From the sequence record OL631481.1: 64,000 nucleotides of DNA. One strand, written 5' to 3'. The notes below the pieces were generated by a model. The model searched no databases and was not told where the DNA came from. It saw nothing but the letters and a program-made list of their open reading frames with translations. The stretch comes from Escherichia phage ECML-183-2. The translations under genes and the position numbers were made by a program. Within the stretch, counting starts at the first letter, position 1; the number at the start of each line of letters is the position of its first letter. Below are positions 9,642 through 17,298 of this stretch, one piece after another.

Positions 9642-9938
9642 TTAGATTACGATCTTTTTAGGAACGTCATCTGTATTCTGCACGGCAGGAGTTTCTTCTT
9701 CCATAGCTTCATAATGTTCTTCTAACCATTCTTCTACTTGCTCTTTAATAGCTTTGGCTGCTTGGAAGCGGAGAGGTTTTGCTGCATCCTTATCATTAAC
9801 AAGTTCAACAATATATCGCATAGCTTCTAAATAATGCTCTGCAAATAATTCTTTTACACTTGCTTGCGCCGCATCCATTGCATAGATCTGTTGCATTTCG
9901 GCTGTTGGTCTTCCACGACCACGTTTTAGTTTAGGCAT
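9642..9938 (-). CDS. small DNA-binding protein, possible terminase small subunit
   Basis: 98 aa; basic N-terminus KRGRGRPT; located upstream of terL. Confidence 0.3.
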   Translation of the reverse strand: MPKLKRGRGRPTAEMQQIYAMDAAQASVKELFAEHYLEAMRYIVELVNDKDAAKPLRFQAAKAIKEQVEEWLEEHYEAMEEETPAVQNTDDVPKKIVI

Positions 9939-10004
9939 AATAAAATCCTCCTAAACTTTATCTTAACATATAAAAAATAATAAGTCAAGTTTTATTCAAT
10001 AGAT

Positions 10005-10030
10005 AGCAAAAAGCCTCCAATAAGGAGGCT
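10005..10030 (-). terminator. intrinsic terminator ending the tRNA transcription unit
   Basis: hairpin GCCTCC-AATAA-GGAGGC followed by TTTTT on the minus strand. Confidence 0.6.
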
Positions 10031-10145
10031 AATAAATACTGTTAATTTGAAATGCTTTATTATGATTGTGCGTTAAGGAGTCGCACCCCTCCATCTTAGA
10101 AGGAACCAGGCAAGGTCTTCAAAGATACCGCTGGCAAGCGATATT

Positions 10146-10224
10146 TGGAGGCGGGAATTGGATTTGAACCAATGATCTCCAGCATATGAAACTGGCGAGG
10201 ACGACCAGACTCCTCTATCCCGCT
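10146..10224 (-). tRNA. tRNA-Met(CAT)
   Basis: hand-folded cloverleaf: anticodon loop TTCATAT, T-arm ATTGG-TTCAAAT-CCAAT, encoded CCA; position 1-72 is an A-C mismatch. Confidence 0.6.
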
Positions 10225-10301
10225 ATTATGTATCCCGTGCTGGATTCGAACCAGCATCACAAAAATTGTGGATCTCTTATCCTGTAAGTCTAACGGGAAA
10301 C

Positions 10302-10375
10302 TGGTTGTTTCGACAAGAATCGAACTTGTGTCTCACGATTATCAGTCGTGGGTTCTACCATTGAACTACGAAACA
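10302..10375 (-). tRNA. tRNA-Ile(GAT)
   Basis: acceptor TGTTTCG/CGAAACA, anticodon stem CACGA/TCGTG with loop CTGATAA, T-loop TTCGATT, encoded CCA. Confidence 0.75.
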
Positions 10376-10438
10376 TTTAAAAGAATATCTCACGTCTGAT
10401 ACAGACTAACCTTTTGTCTGACGCATGAAATATTTAAT

Positions 10439-10515
10439 TGGTCGGAATTGCAGGATTCGAACCTGCGACCCTACGCTCCCAAAGCGTATGCTCTACCAAA
10501 CTGAGCTAAATTCCG
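10439..10515 (-). tRNA. tRNA-Pro(TGG)
   Basis: acceptor CGGAATT/AATTCCG, D-arm GCTC-AGTTTGGTA-GAGC, anticodon loop TTTGGGA, T-arm GCAGG-TTCGAAT-CCTGC, CCA. Confidence 0.8.
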
Positions 10516-10520
10516 TTATA

Positions 10521-10596
10521 TGGCTGGTCTGTCTGGATTTGAACCAAACCTACGACAGTCAAAGTGTCGTGTGCTACCGGACTACACTACAAACCA
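10521..10596 (-). tRNA. tRNA-Gln(TTG)
   Basis: acceptor TGGTTTG/CAGACCA, anticodon stem CGACA/TGTCG with loop CTTTGAC, T-loop TTCAAAT, CCA. Confidence 0.8.
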
Positions 10597-10694
10597 ATAA
10601 ATCATTTAATGAAGGGCAACCAGAAGAAGTGTGAGAGAAGGAGAAAACCATGAGTAAAAGAGAAAGTTTTCTGGCAACCCTTTATTAAATAATT

Positions 10695-10771
10695 TGGAGC
10701 GTTATATCGGATTCGAACCGATGCCACCGACTTGGAAGGACGGGATGCTGAACCGCTAACACTAATAACGC
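10695..10771 (-). tRNA. tRNA-Gly(TCC)
   Basis: acceptor GCGTTAT/ATAACGC, anticodon loop CTTCCAA (one stem mismatch), T-arm ATCGG-TTCGAAT-CCGAT, CCA. Confidence 0.65.
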
Positions 10772-10784
10772 TTTGTATATATTT

Positions 10785-10814
10785 ACTATACTACATTTTA
10801 CTATCGAATGTCAA
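10785..10814 (-). promoter_or_regulatory. sigma70-like promoter (TTGACA-N18-TATAGT) inside the tRNA cluster
   Basis: minus-strand TTGACA 10814-10809, 18 nt spacer, TATAGT 10790-10785; predicted start a few nt upstream of the tRNA-Gly 5' end. Confidence 0.5.
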
Positions 10815-11089
10815 TAGTTATTTAATAGGTGGGACAGTGACGAGTATCCCTTTGGGTGACTAGCCCTACGTTCGGTAAGCTAACTTAAAATAATACAAAA
10901 CCAAAGTCAAATATTATTCTTCGTTGCTGTCGATGGGAGAGCCGCTTCTTCTTTTGCCCCATCCAACCCTACTCCGGTCAAGTTTCAGGTAACTCTTTGT
11001 GTGATCAACACAATACTAAGAACACTGTCTTTCGAACAGACCTTGTGCACAGGATACGACGATCAATCACAGTGCCCTTAATGTTGTGT

Positions 11090-11164
11090 TGGTGCTCCCA
11101 CTCTGAATCGAACAGAGATCCACGGATTACAAAACCGTTGTAATAGCCATTATACTATAGGAGC
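11090..11164 (-). tRNA. tRNA-Thr(TGT)
   Basis: acceptor GCTCCTA/TGGGAGC, anticodon loop TTTGTAA, T-arm CTCTG-TTCGATT-CAGAG, CCA. Confidence 0.65.
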
Positions 11165-11255
11165 AAAGCTGGGACTCGGCAGGATTCGATACCTGCAATT
11201 CCAGAAGCCTCTTGGCGACTGGGGGGTTTACCTTAACTCTACAAGTCCATAATTC

Positions 11256-11341
11256 TGGCGATGAGTATAGGATTTGAACCTATATCGTTCTTTCGAACAC
11301 GGATTAACAGTCCGCCGCTTAAACCATTCAGCCAACTCATC
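11256..11341 (-). tRNA. tRNA with anticodon GTT (Asn-type) but type-II architecture
   Basis: acceptor GATGAGT/ACTCATC, anticodon stem GCGGA/TCCGT with loop CTGTTAA, extra variable hairpin GTTC-GAAA-GAAC, T-arm ATAGG-TTCAAAT-CCTAT, discriminator G, CCA. Confidence 0.5.
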
Positions 11342-11347
11342 TTAATT

Positions 11348-11435
11348 TGGTGGTGAGTGATGGAGTCGAACCACCCGAATCGCAATGATAACAGATTTAC
11401 AGTCTGCCCCGCTACCCCTACGGAATTAACTCACC
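11348..11435 (-). tRNA. tRNA-Tyr(GTA)
   Basis: acceptor GGTGAGT/ACTCACC, anticodon arm CAGA-CTGTAAA-TCTG, long variable arm, discriminator A, CCA. Confidence 0.8.
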
Positions 11436-11565
11436 TAAATGCTAATATTTAAATTCTTTTTAAAATAGCCAGTGTTCACACCACTAACTATGAGGTATCG
11501 GTAAAGTGGTTACCGCCACTTGCCGAAGATTTACTCTGCTAAAGTAAGCTATATTAAAAAGAACT

Positions 11566-11651
11566 TGGCGGTAGATGTAGGACTCGAACCTACACGCCGT
11601 TTCCGACTACAGTTTAGCAAACTGTCGTGGCTACCATTTCACCAATCTACC
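11566..11651 (-). tRNA. tRNA-Ser(GCT)
   Basis: acceptor GGTAGAT/ATCTACC, anticodon arm ACAGT-TTGCTAA-ACTGT, long variable arm, T-arm GTAGG-TTCGAGT-CCTAC, discriminator G, CCA. Confidence 0.8.
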
Positions 11652-11655
11652 AATC

Positions 11656-11746
11656 TGGCGGAAGGAGGGAGAGTCGAACTCCCAAGGCTCTTTCAAGCTC
11701 GGCGGTTTTCAAGACCGTTTTCGTCGCCACGTCGATTTGCCCTTCC
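11656..11746 (-). tRNA. tRNA-Ser(TGA)
   Basis: acceptor GGAAGGG/TCCTTCC, anticodon region ACGGTCTTGAAAACCGCC, long variable arm, T-arm GGGAG-TTCGACT-CTCCC, CCA. Confidence 0.8.
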
Positions 11747-11754
11747 ATACTTAT

Positions 11755-11784
11755 AATCTAACATAAAATAATGTTAGTTGTCAA
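11755..11784 (-). promoter_or_regulatory. sigma70-like promoter directly upstream of tRNA-Ser(TGA)
   Basis: minus-strand TTGACA 11784-11779 with a weak -10 about 17-18 nt downstream; tRNA 5' end at 11746. Confidence 0.35.
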
Positions 11785-11980
11785 TAGTTTTTTAAAACAT
11801 TTTACCATGAATGGTGACTCCACCAACCCCCGTTCTCAGCGAACGGTGCTCTTCGAGCATTTATGTCTTCTAATATAACCGTGGCCTTTGTTTATAATGT
11901 CTGACATACTTACCTCATTCTCTGCCACCATGATCAGTAGTGGGTTCAAATCACTTGAGCTAATTCATGTTAAAATGTTC

Positions 11981-12055
11981 TGGTGTCTTTACAAGGAATC
12001 GAACCTTGACTAAGAGTTTAGAAGACTCCTGTGCTATCCATTACACCATAAAGAC
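11981..12055 (-). tRNA. tRNA-Arg(TCT)
   Basis: acceptor GTCTTTA/TAAAGAC, D-arm GTGT-AATGGATA-GCAC, anticodon loop CTTCTAA, T-arm CAAGG-TTCGATT-CCTTG, CCA. Confidence 0.75.
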
Positions 12056-12057
12056 GT

Positions 12058-12132
12058 TGGTGGCCCTGGCTGGTTTCGATCCAGCTACCTATCGGTTATG
12101 AGCCGACAGCTCTCCCATTGAGCTACAGGGCC
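12058..12132 (-). tRNA. tRNA with CAT anticodon (Ile2-lysidine type or elongator Met)
   Basis: acceptor GGCCCTG/CAGGGCC, D-arm GCTC-AATGGGA-GAGC, anticodon loop CTCATAA, T-arm GCTGG-ATCGAAA-CCAGC, CCA; overall resembles bacterial tRNA-Ile2. Confidence 0.7.
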
Positions 12133-12342
12133 ATAAATGTGGTAACAGAGACGCTGACGATTGTAGAGAACCGCTACATTCTCTAAGACCAAGCCCAACT
12201 TTCAGCGTAAAAGTTCTTGAGCCGAGACTATTCCTTTTCCTCTTTGGTAGCTAACCTCTGAAGAAGTAGTCTCTAACACTATCCGCAGTGCAAGCCTCTC
12301 TTAACAAAAGTCAACGACCCTGTTACCACACTTGATGAACGT

Positions 12343-12372
12343 ATCCTAACATATGAAGGATACGTTTGTCAA
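12343..12372 (-). promoter_or_regulatory. sigma70-like promoter at the upstream end of the tRNA unit
   Basis: minus-strand TTGACA 12372-12367 with a weak -10; overlaps a 9 bp inverted repeat AACGTATCC/GGATACGTT. Confidence 0.3.
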
Positions 12373-12379
12373 TAGTTAT

Positions 12380-12628
12380 TTAAGCATATTCTGCTACTTC
12401 TTCACTATCTTTCTTTTCCAGAAGAGCAACAACCAAAGCTTCTGCGTTAAAAGTATTAATTTCAAGATCCATCTCTCGCATCAGAGCCAAGAAATCAATA
12501 ACTTTAACATCTTTAGTGATTACAATAGAAGTTGTACCATTGTTTTCAGATGTGTATTTTTCTGGATGGAAAAGAAAAACTGCATTGCCGTTACCATCTT
12601 CAAACACGTGTTTTTCTAATAGAGACAT
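12380..12628 (-). CDS. hypothetical protein
   Basis: ORF with AGGAGG RBS before the internal ATG (MSLLEKHVF...). Confidence 0.4.
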   Translation of the reverse strand: MSLLEKHVFEDGNGNAVFLFHPEKYTSENNGTTSIVITKDVKVIDFLALMREMDLEINTFNAEALVVALLEKKDSEEVAEYA

Positions 12629-12636
12629 TGTTCCTC

Positions 12637-12888
12637 CTAATCTGTTAGTTGTTCGTCCTCTACCAAGTTTGACACGAGAACGTCTGTTATACATTGATGC
12701 TGATAAACCCTTTCGGGACTATCATCAAAAGCCAAACCTGTGCAAATAGAACAGAGGTCTGATTCCTTGATGACTCCATTTTTATCACGTCTGGAGTGGT
12801 TTGTCAAATGCCTATTACAAGCACGGCACCTAAAATAAAAACTATTTTGCATATATCCTTCGAACCCCAAATGGGGAGTGATCGGCAT
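12637..12888 (-). CDS. hypothetical Cys-rich (zinc-finger-like) protein
   Basis: 83 aa with CRACNRH ... CSIC motifs. Confidence 0.4.
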   Translation of the reverse strand: MPITPHLGFEGYMQNSFYFRCRACNRHLTNHSRRDKNGVIKESDLCSICTGLAFDDSPERVYQHQCITDVLVSNLVEDEQLTD

Positions 12889-12925
12889 CTCCTCACTTCT
12901 AGTTTAGCACGAAGGATATCTTAAG

Positions 12926-13111
12926 TCAACTAGGAATAATTTTATCCTTTTTGGTTTCATAACCAGTCCAATCTAAATCCTCCCAGCCTTCATCATCGTC
13001 TAACACATTGTCATCATCATAAGATGCAATGTTATAAATAGAACGTGGATTACAAGACATACAATCTTTAATAGGCACATGATGCCATTTGCACGGATTC
13101 TCACTAATCAT
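12926..13111 (-). CDS. hypothetical protein
   Basis: 61 aa ORF at the edge of the AT-rich divergent region. Confidence 0.35.
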   Translation of the reverse strand: MISENPCKWHHVPIKDCMSCNPRSIYNIASYDDDNVLDDDEGWEDLDWTGYETKKDKIIPS

Positions 13112-13590
13112 TGCACACCTCCATTCTTGTTAAGATGTTTCGTACTGTACTTCATACTGATCTATAGATCAAGTATTATTTATAATAATTTATTATTTTA
13201 TTTTTAATTGATAGAAGTTGATCTGTACGTACCAGTTCTGATACACTGTACCTGTTTGTTAGATCTAATAATTATTTATTATTAATATTTAATAATTATT
13301 AATCTAGTACGGAGTACAGTACTTGAGTACAGAGTACTACATCAACAACCTAAAACCTTAACTCGCTGCGCTCGTTAATAGATTTCTAGGGTAGCATACT
13401 TCGAAGACAAAAGTCAAGAGTTTTATTAAAATTATTTTCTGTGTGCAAAAACCTTGCTTAAACAGGTAGCAATAGTATAGTCTATAACATAAGCTTCATA
13501 AGAAGCTCGTAGAGCAAGTTAACTTACTAGGTAAGGTGATTTACATCTTATATATAAAAAGTGCGTCAGAGACGCGTTTAGGAGGCTAGA
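13112..13590. promoter_or_regulatory. AT-rich divergent intergenic control region with palindromes and GTAC-rich repeats
   Basis: perfect 14 bp palindrome TGATCTATAGATCA; repeated AGTACAG/GTACT units; separates minus and plus transcription blocks. Confidence 0.5.
13454..13481 (+). promoter_or_regulatory. sigma70-like promoter (TTGCTT-N16-TATAGT) for the plus-strand early operon
   Basis: hexamers read directly from sequence upstream of first plus-strand gene. Confidence 0.4.
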
Positions 13591-13914
13591 ATGAGATTTA
13601 CAAGACAAGAGGTGGTTGTGCTGGACGAAGCAATGACAATGATCGTCTTTTACTACGAGGATATCTTCTGTGCAGCATATCATTTAAATGACATTCAGAT
13701 TGAATGGCAGCAGATAGCATTCTTGTTGGACAAGAGTAATCATTTAGATGGCTTTGAGTATTTGGAATGGGATGGTGCAAAGGAAGTTAAAATTGTAGGG
13801 TTAAATCACGATCAGATTGTTGACATGCAATGTAAGTTGTGTCATTATCAGTTCTCAAACAAAGTCAAACTCGAAAGGCAATTGGAGGTGGTTAAAGATG
13901 ATAGCACTAATTAG
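13591..13914 (+). CDS. hypothetical protein
   Basis: 107 aa ORF, first gene of the plus-strand block, RBS AGGAGG. Confidence 0.5.
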   Translation: MRFTRQEVVVLDEAMTMIVFYYEDIFCAAYHLNDIQIEWQQIAFLLDKSNHLDGFEYLEWDGAKEVKIVGLNHDQIVDMQCKLCHYQFSNKVKLERQLEVVKDDSTN

Positions 13915-14014
13915 TGAGAATCCAGTCCTTGCAACAATTGTTCTGATTTTTGCCTTATGTGTGGTTCACGATATTCTGGTAAGCTATTTTGACAATAAAG
14001 GAGGTAAGAAATGA
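13898..14014 (+). CDS. small membrane protein (38 aa)
   Basis: RBS GGAGGTGG before ATG; single hydrophobic helix. Confidence 0.35.
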   Translation: MIALISENPVLATIVLIFALCVVHDILVSYFDNKGGKK

Positions 14015-14205
14015 AAGACGTTATTCAAATGGTATTCCGTGTAACTCTAGATGGTATACACGTTGTTAAAGGCACACAGAACTACACAGAAGCGAAAGAA
14101 CACTTCTTAGAGTGGATTGATACACTGAAGACACAAGATGTGTCCTACAGCCGTGTTACGCTTACTGGCGACCATACCCCAATCATGGAGTACGTAAAGA
14201 AATGA
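14011..14205 (+). CDS. hypothetical protein
   Basis: ORF with ATGA stop/start overlap. Confidence 0.5.
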   Translation: MKDVIQMVFRVTLDGIHVVKGTQNYTEAKEHFLEWIDTLKTQDVSYSRVTLTGDHTPIMEYVKK

Positions 14206-14441
14206 GCAACTATCCAATTACAGGCGTAACCTATTCTTGTGTAGCAAAAGGTGGTTTATATACGGTAGTGGAATTTCCAAAACCTGCCGGAATATCTAAA
14301 GTGTTTGATCCTGTGGTTATCTATGAAGATCTTAGAACAGGTCAACGTTACTGGAGATTTGTGAATGACTTTTTAGATCGTATGGAGGTAGTAAGTGGCG
14401 AAAACACCGAAGAAGTTATCAAAGCCAAAGAACGTTACTAA
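14202..14441 (+). CDS. hypothetical protein
   Basis: ORF with ATGA overlap. Confidence 0.5.
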   Translation: MSNYPITGVTYSCVAKGGLYTVVEFPKPAGISKVFDPVVIYEDLRTGQRYWRFVNDFLDRMEVVSGENTEEVIKAKERY

Positions 14442-14748
14442 GAAACAGAAAAACGAGGTTCTCAAAGTAGCCAAATCAGTTCCTAAGAAAGATAAATTTG
14501 ATACGGAGGCATTCGTCTTTGACACACCAATCGAGAAGATTGAAGAAGCGTTGCAACGTCTTGAGGAGCAGGAGGCAGATCCAATGGCTGAACCACTCAC
14601 GGCAGACCAAATTTATTGGTGGGGAATATGGACTTTGCAACTACCAGAAGCAAAACGAAGAGGAATGACTTCAGTTCCTACTTGTGCAAAAGAAGCGGCT
14701 GTGTTAGGTTTGTATGAGAAATCTAAAAAGAGGAGCAAAAAGAAATGA
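14395..14748 (+). CDS. hypothetical lysine-rich protein
   Basis: GTG start after GGAGG; basic N- and C-termini. Confidence 0.4.
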   Translation: MAKTPKKLSKPKNVTKKQKNEVLKVAKSVPKKDKFDTEAFVFDTPIEKIEEALQRLEEQEADPMAEPLTADQIYWWGIWTLQLPEAKRRGMTSVPTCAKEAAVLGLYEKSKKRSKKK

Positions 14749-15026
14749 TCAAGACTTTCCTGAAGTGTGTAAAAGCAACAGATAATGAGTGGTACTCTGG
14801 ATTATTCACGGCTGGCAAGAAATACGAGATCCTCAACGGGACAGGCAAGAAGTTTTCTCTCGTTGTAAACGATGAAGGTACGAAGCAAATGGTATTTGCT
14901 GAAAGTTCTGTTTATGGTATTTTTGAAGTAGTGCAAGAAGGCTCTCCAATGATTCTGGAGTATCATGGCACTAATAAACCATATACTGCTATGGATGTTA
15001 TCAACAACAAGAGGAATGCAAAATGA
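14745..15026 (+). CDS. hypothetical protein
   Basis: ORF, translationally coupled. Confidence 0.5.
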   Translation: MIKTFLKCVKATDNEWYSGLFTAGKKYEILNGTGKKFSLVVNDEGTKQMVFAESSVYGIFEVVQEGSPMILEYHGTNKPYTAMDVINNKRNAK

Positions 15027-15205
15027 TTTTACTCTATTCAGGTAAGGCGAAATACATGCAAGGTGTTAAACGCGTAGAGGTTACTAAGACAGTAACAATC
15101 GGAAAATCCTTTATAGTCTATTATTTCATTATTAATGGGAAGGAGTATGTTGTAGCAAAGACCTTGGTTGATAATGGTAAAACGTGGAAAGTGGAGGCAC
15201 TATGA
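15023..15205 (+). CDS. hypothetical protein
   Basis: ORF, translationally coupled. Confidence 0.4.
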   Translation: MILLYSGKAKYMQGVKRVEVTKTVTIGKSFIVYYFIINGKEYVVAKTLVDNGKTWKVEAL

Positions 15206-15408
15206 TCCCTGTAGCTGGGTGGGTGGTATTGGCAACACTCAATGGGAATGTTACTGTGGAGACTAAAACCATCTTCAAAGCACCAGAAGATTGCTATAAC
15301 TCTTTGGTAACTTGGCCTCATGATACGGATGATAAGGCAGAGTATCAGTGTTTTTACATTGAGGGTAATCCTGTAGAATTTGAGGTTAAAGTGAAGGAGG
15401 AAAAATGA
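15184..15408 (+). CDS. hypothetical protein
   Basis: ORF in operon. Confidence 0.45.
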   Translation: MESGGTMIPVAGWVVLATLNGNVTVETKTIFKAPEDCYNSLVTWPHDTDDKAEYQCFYIEGNPVEFEVKVKEEK

Positions 15409-15875
15409 GAATTAAAGTAACTAAAGCTTACGATGATAACCCGAAGTTTATCTCTTTGAATAAGAGTTATGGTGTAGAAAACGGCGATGAGTTCGAGGTT
15501 ATCGATCTTTTTGAAGACCACGGTTATATTGTCAAAGCCCCAATCACAGAGCAGGCTATTATCATCTTACGCACAGAGGCTGTTGAGGTAGGTTCTGATG
15601 AGCCTCAATATGACAGCCCATACATGACAGAGTGGATCGTAGCTGTGGATGTTGGAGGTATGGTTTCTGTACTGAAAGCTCCTAATCTCCATCCTGGTTT
15701 TACAGAGAACGGTAAGACAGCTTTGGATTATGGGTTGCCAGAAGATGTTGAGAATACACCGCCAGGTATGTACCGTTGGATTTGCTCTTTCCATGAAGAG
15801 AAGGATTGGGAATCAGGGCTTGTAGATGATTGGCATTTTGAAGTGGAGAGTTCTTTTTTAATCATGCCAGCTTAG
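15405..15875 (+). CDS. hypothetical protein
   Basis: 156 aa ORF. Confidence 0.5.
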   Translation: MRIKVTKAYDDNPKFISLNKSYGVENGDEFEVIDLFEDHGYIVKAPITEQAIIILRTEAVEVGSDEPQYDSPYMTEWIVAVDVGGMVSVLKAPNLHPGFTENGKTALDYGLPEDVENTPPGMYRWICSFHEEKDWESGLVDDWHFEVESSFLIMPA

Positions 15876-15885
15876 AGGAGGTTAT

Positions 15886-16230
15886 ATGAAAGTTTGGATA
15901 GATGATATGCGGAACCCAGCCGACTATGGACAGGAAGATGCAATTTGGTTTAAAACGTCACAAGAAGCTATGGCTTTTCTCAATGATCCTGCTAAACTGT
16001 ATCGAAGAGTAACCGAGTGGTCTTTTGACAATGATTTAGGTATGGAGTCAGACCAAGATGGGTATGATGTTTTCCTGTACCTGGAAGAACTTCTGGCGTT
16101 TGGTAAACCTTGCTTTGGTTCACCCACCATTTTCGTGCATACTTCTAATCCCGCCGCTGGGGATAAATTCATGCTTGCAAAAGAATCCATGCTGCGTTAT
16201 GGTATTAAAATGATTCGTGTGCACTATTAA
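15886..16230 (+). CDS. hypothetical protein
   Basis: 114 aa ORF, RBS GAGGAGG. Confidence 0.5.
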   Translation: MKVWIDDMRNPADYGQEDAIWFKTSQEAMAFLNDPAKLYRRVTEWSFDNDLGMESDQDGYDVFLYLEELLAFGKPCFGSPTIFVHTSNPAAGDKFMLAKESMLRYGIKMIRVHY

Positions 16231-16239
16231 GGAGAGAAC

Positions 16240-16383
16240 ATGCATCATTCGGTTTGGTCGGAACAAGAAGAGGACGAAGGTTACTTTATCTACCGAGAAG
16301 AAGAGGATTGGCCCGACACAAGTAATGATCTTTTACTTCCAGATACTAGTTTTATCGAGGATAACTTAAGAGAGGAGGATTAG
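16240..16383 (+). CDS. small acidic protein (47 aa)
   Basis: RBS AGGAGAG before ATG; below ORF-track length cutoff. Confidence 0.3.
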   Translation: MHHSVWSEQEEDEGYFIYREEEDWPDTSNDLLLPDTSFIEDNLREED

Positions 16384-16389
16384 GAAACA

Positions 16390-16746
16390 ATGAGTGGTAT
16401 TGAAAACAATATTTGTTACCAACCTCTTACCTGGATTGGTGAGGGTCATTATGCGCAACGTGTTATCGTCTGTGCTGCGAATAAGTATATTTTGAATAAT
16501 GGTGAAGAGTTAATTATTCCTTGTGTTCGACATGCAAATCCTGTACTATATGCACAGTTAAGCGTGTTGAAAGAAGCAGGTGTAATCAACAAAACTTTGT
16601 GCACACCAGATAATCAAGGCTTTATCGATCAGTATTACAATTGGTGGAGTCGTGCGGATGCTTACGTCATCGCGGAAAATGCTGACCAGATCGACCATGA
16701 GCGTAATGGTCACGACCATGAATTATTTAGCGAGGGATTATACTAA
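16390..16746 (+). CDS. hypothetical protein
   Basis: 118 aa ORF. Confidence 0.5.
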   Translation: MSGIENNICYQPLTWIGEGHYAQRVIVCAANKYILNNGEELIIPCVRHANPVLYAQLSVLKEAGVINKTLCTPDNQGFIDQYYNWWSRADAYVIAENADQIDHERNGHDHELFSEGLY

Positions 16747-17297
16747 TGTTTATTACAAGCGATTTGCATTTTATGCATAAACGTATTCGAGAGTTTGCTC
16801 CTGAATATCGTCCGTGGGAAGATATGGACCACATGACAGAAGCCTTGATCGAAGCATGGAACAAATGTGCTACTACTCCTGGTGTTAAGATGTGGCATTT
16901 GGGCGACTTCTGTTTCGGAACTGAAGAAGATACCCGTAAAATTGCTTCCCGTCTCCAAGGAGATATCACCTACTGTGTTGGGAACCATGACTACAGCAAA
17001 CACCGAGAAGTGCTTGCAGAGTATGGAGAAGTGGTGTATTATGACGAAGTGAAATATCAGAAGCTGTTCTTCGTCTTAAGCCATTACCCTATGGCCTCCT
17101 GGAATAAACAAGGTCGTGGATCAATCATGCTACACGGGCATTCCCACGGATCTTTCCCTGATGAAGCTTATGGTAAAATGTTAGATGTGGGTTGGGATGC
17201 ACACGGAAAAATCTTGCATTTTGATGAGATAATTTCTATGATGAGTAAACGAGATATCGTGACTGTAGACCATCACAAAATAATCAAAGGAGAGTAA
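16746..17297 (+). CDS. calcineurin-like metallophosphoesterase (candidate RNA 3'-end healing phosphatase)
   Basis: motifs DLHF, GDF, GNHD, HGHSHG; directly upstream of ligase and kinase. Confidence 0.65.
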   Translation: MFITSDLHFMHKRIREFAPEYRPWEDMDHMTEALIEAWNKCATTPGVKMWHLGDFCFGTEEDTRKIASRLQGDITYCVGNHDYSKHREVLAEYGEVVYYDEVKYQKLFFVLSHYPMASWNKQGRGSIMLHGHSHGSFPDEAYGKMLDVGWDAHGKILHFDEIISMMSKRDIVTVDHHKIIKGE

Positions 17298-17298
17298 T

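Noticed and set aside
10228-10300. Possible tRNA-Lys(TTT)-like element
   Set aside because: A 6 bp acceptor-like stem and good T-arm exist, but the anticodon stem has only 3 clean pairs, the D-arm is irregular and no CCA is encoded; treated as a possible pseudo-tRNA.
10650-10688. 12-codon mini-ORF (MSKRESFLATLY) with AAGGAG RBS inside the tRNA cluster, on the plus strand
   Set aside because: Too short to support as a gene and antisense to the tRNA unit; could be a leader peptide, but there is no supporting evidence.
11168-11248. tRNA-like element between tRNA-Thr and the GUU tRNA
   Set aside because: Acceptor-like pairing GGACTTG/CGAGTCC and a T-arm with an 8 nt loop are present, but no canonical D or anticodon arms could be folded and CCA is absent.
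10425-11756. Plus-strand ORFs in the track at 10425-10634 and 11520-11756
   Set aside because: They run antisense through minus-strand tRNA genes (Pro, Gln, Ser), have no RBS, and their products are low-complexity read-throughs of tRNA sequence.
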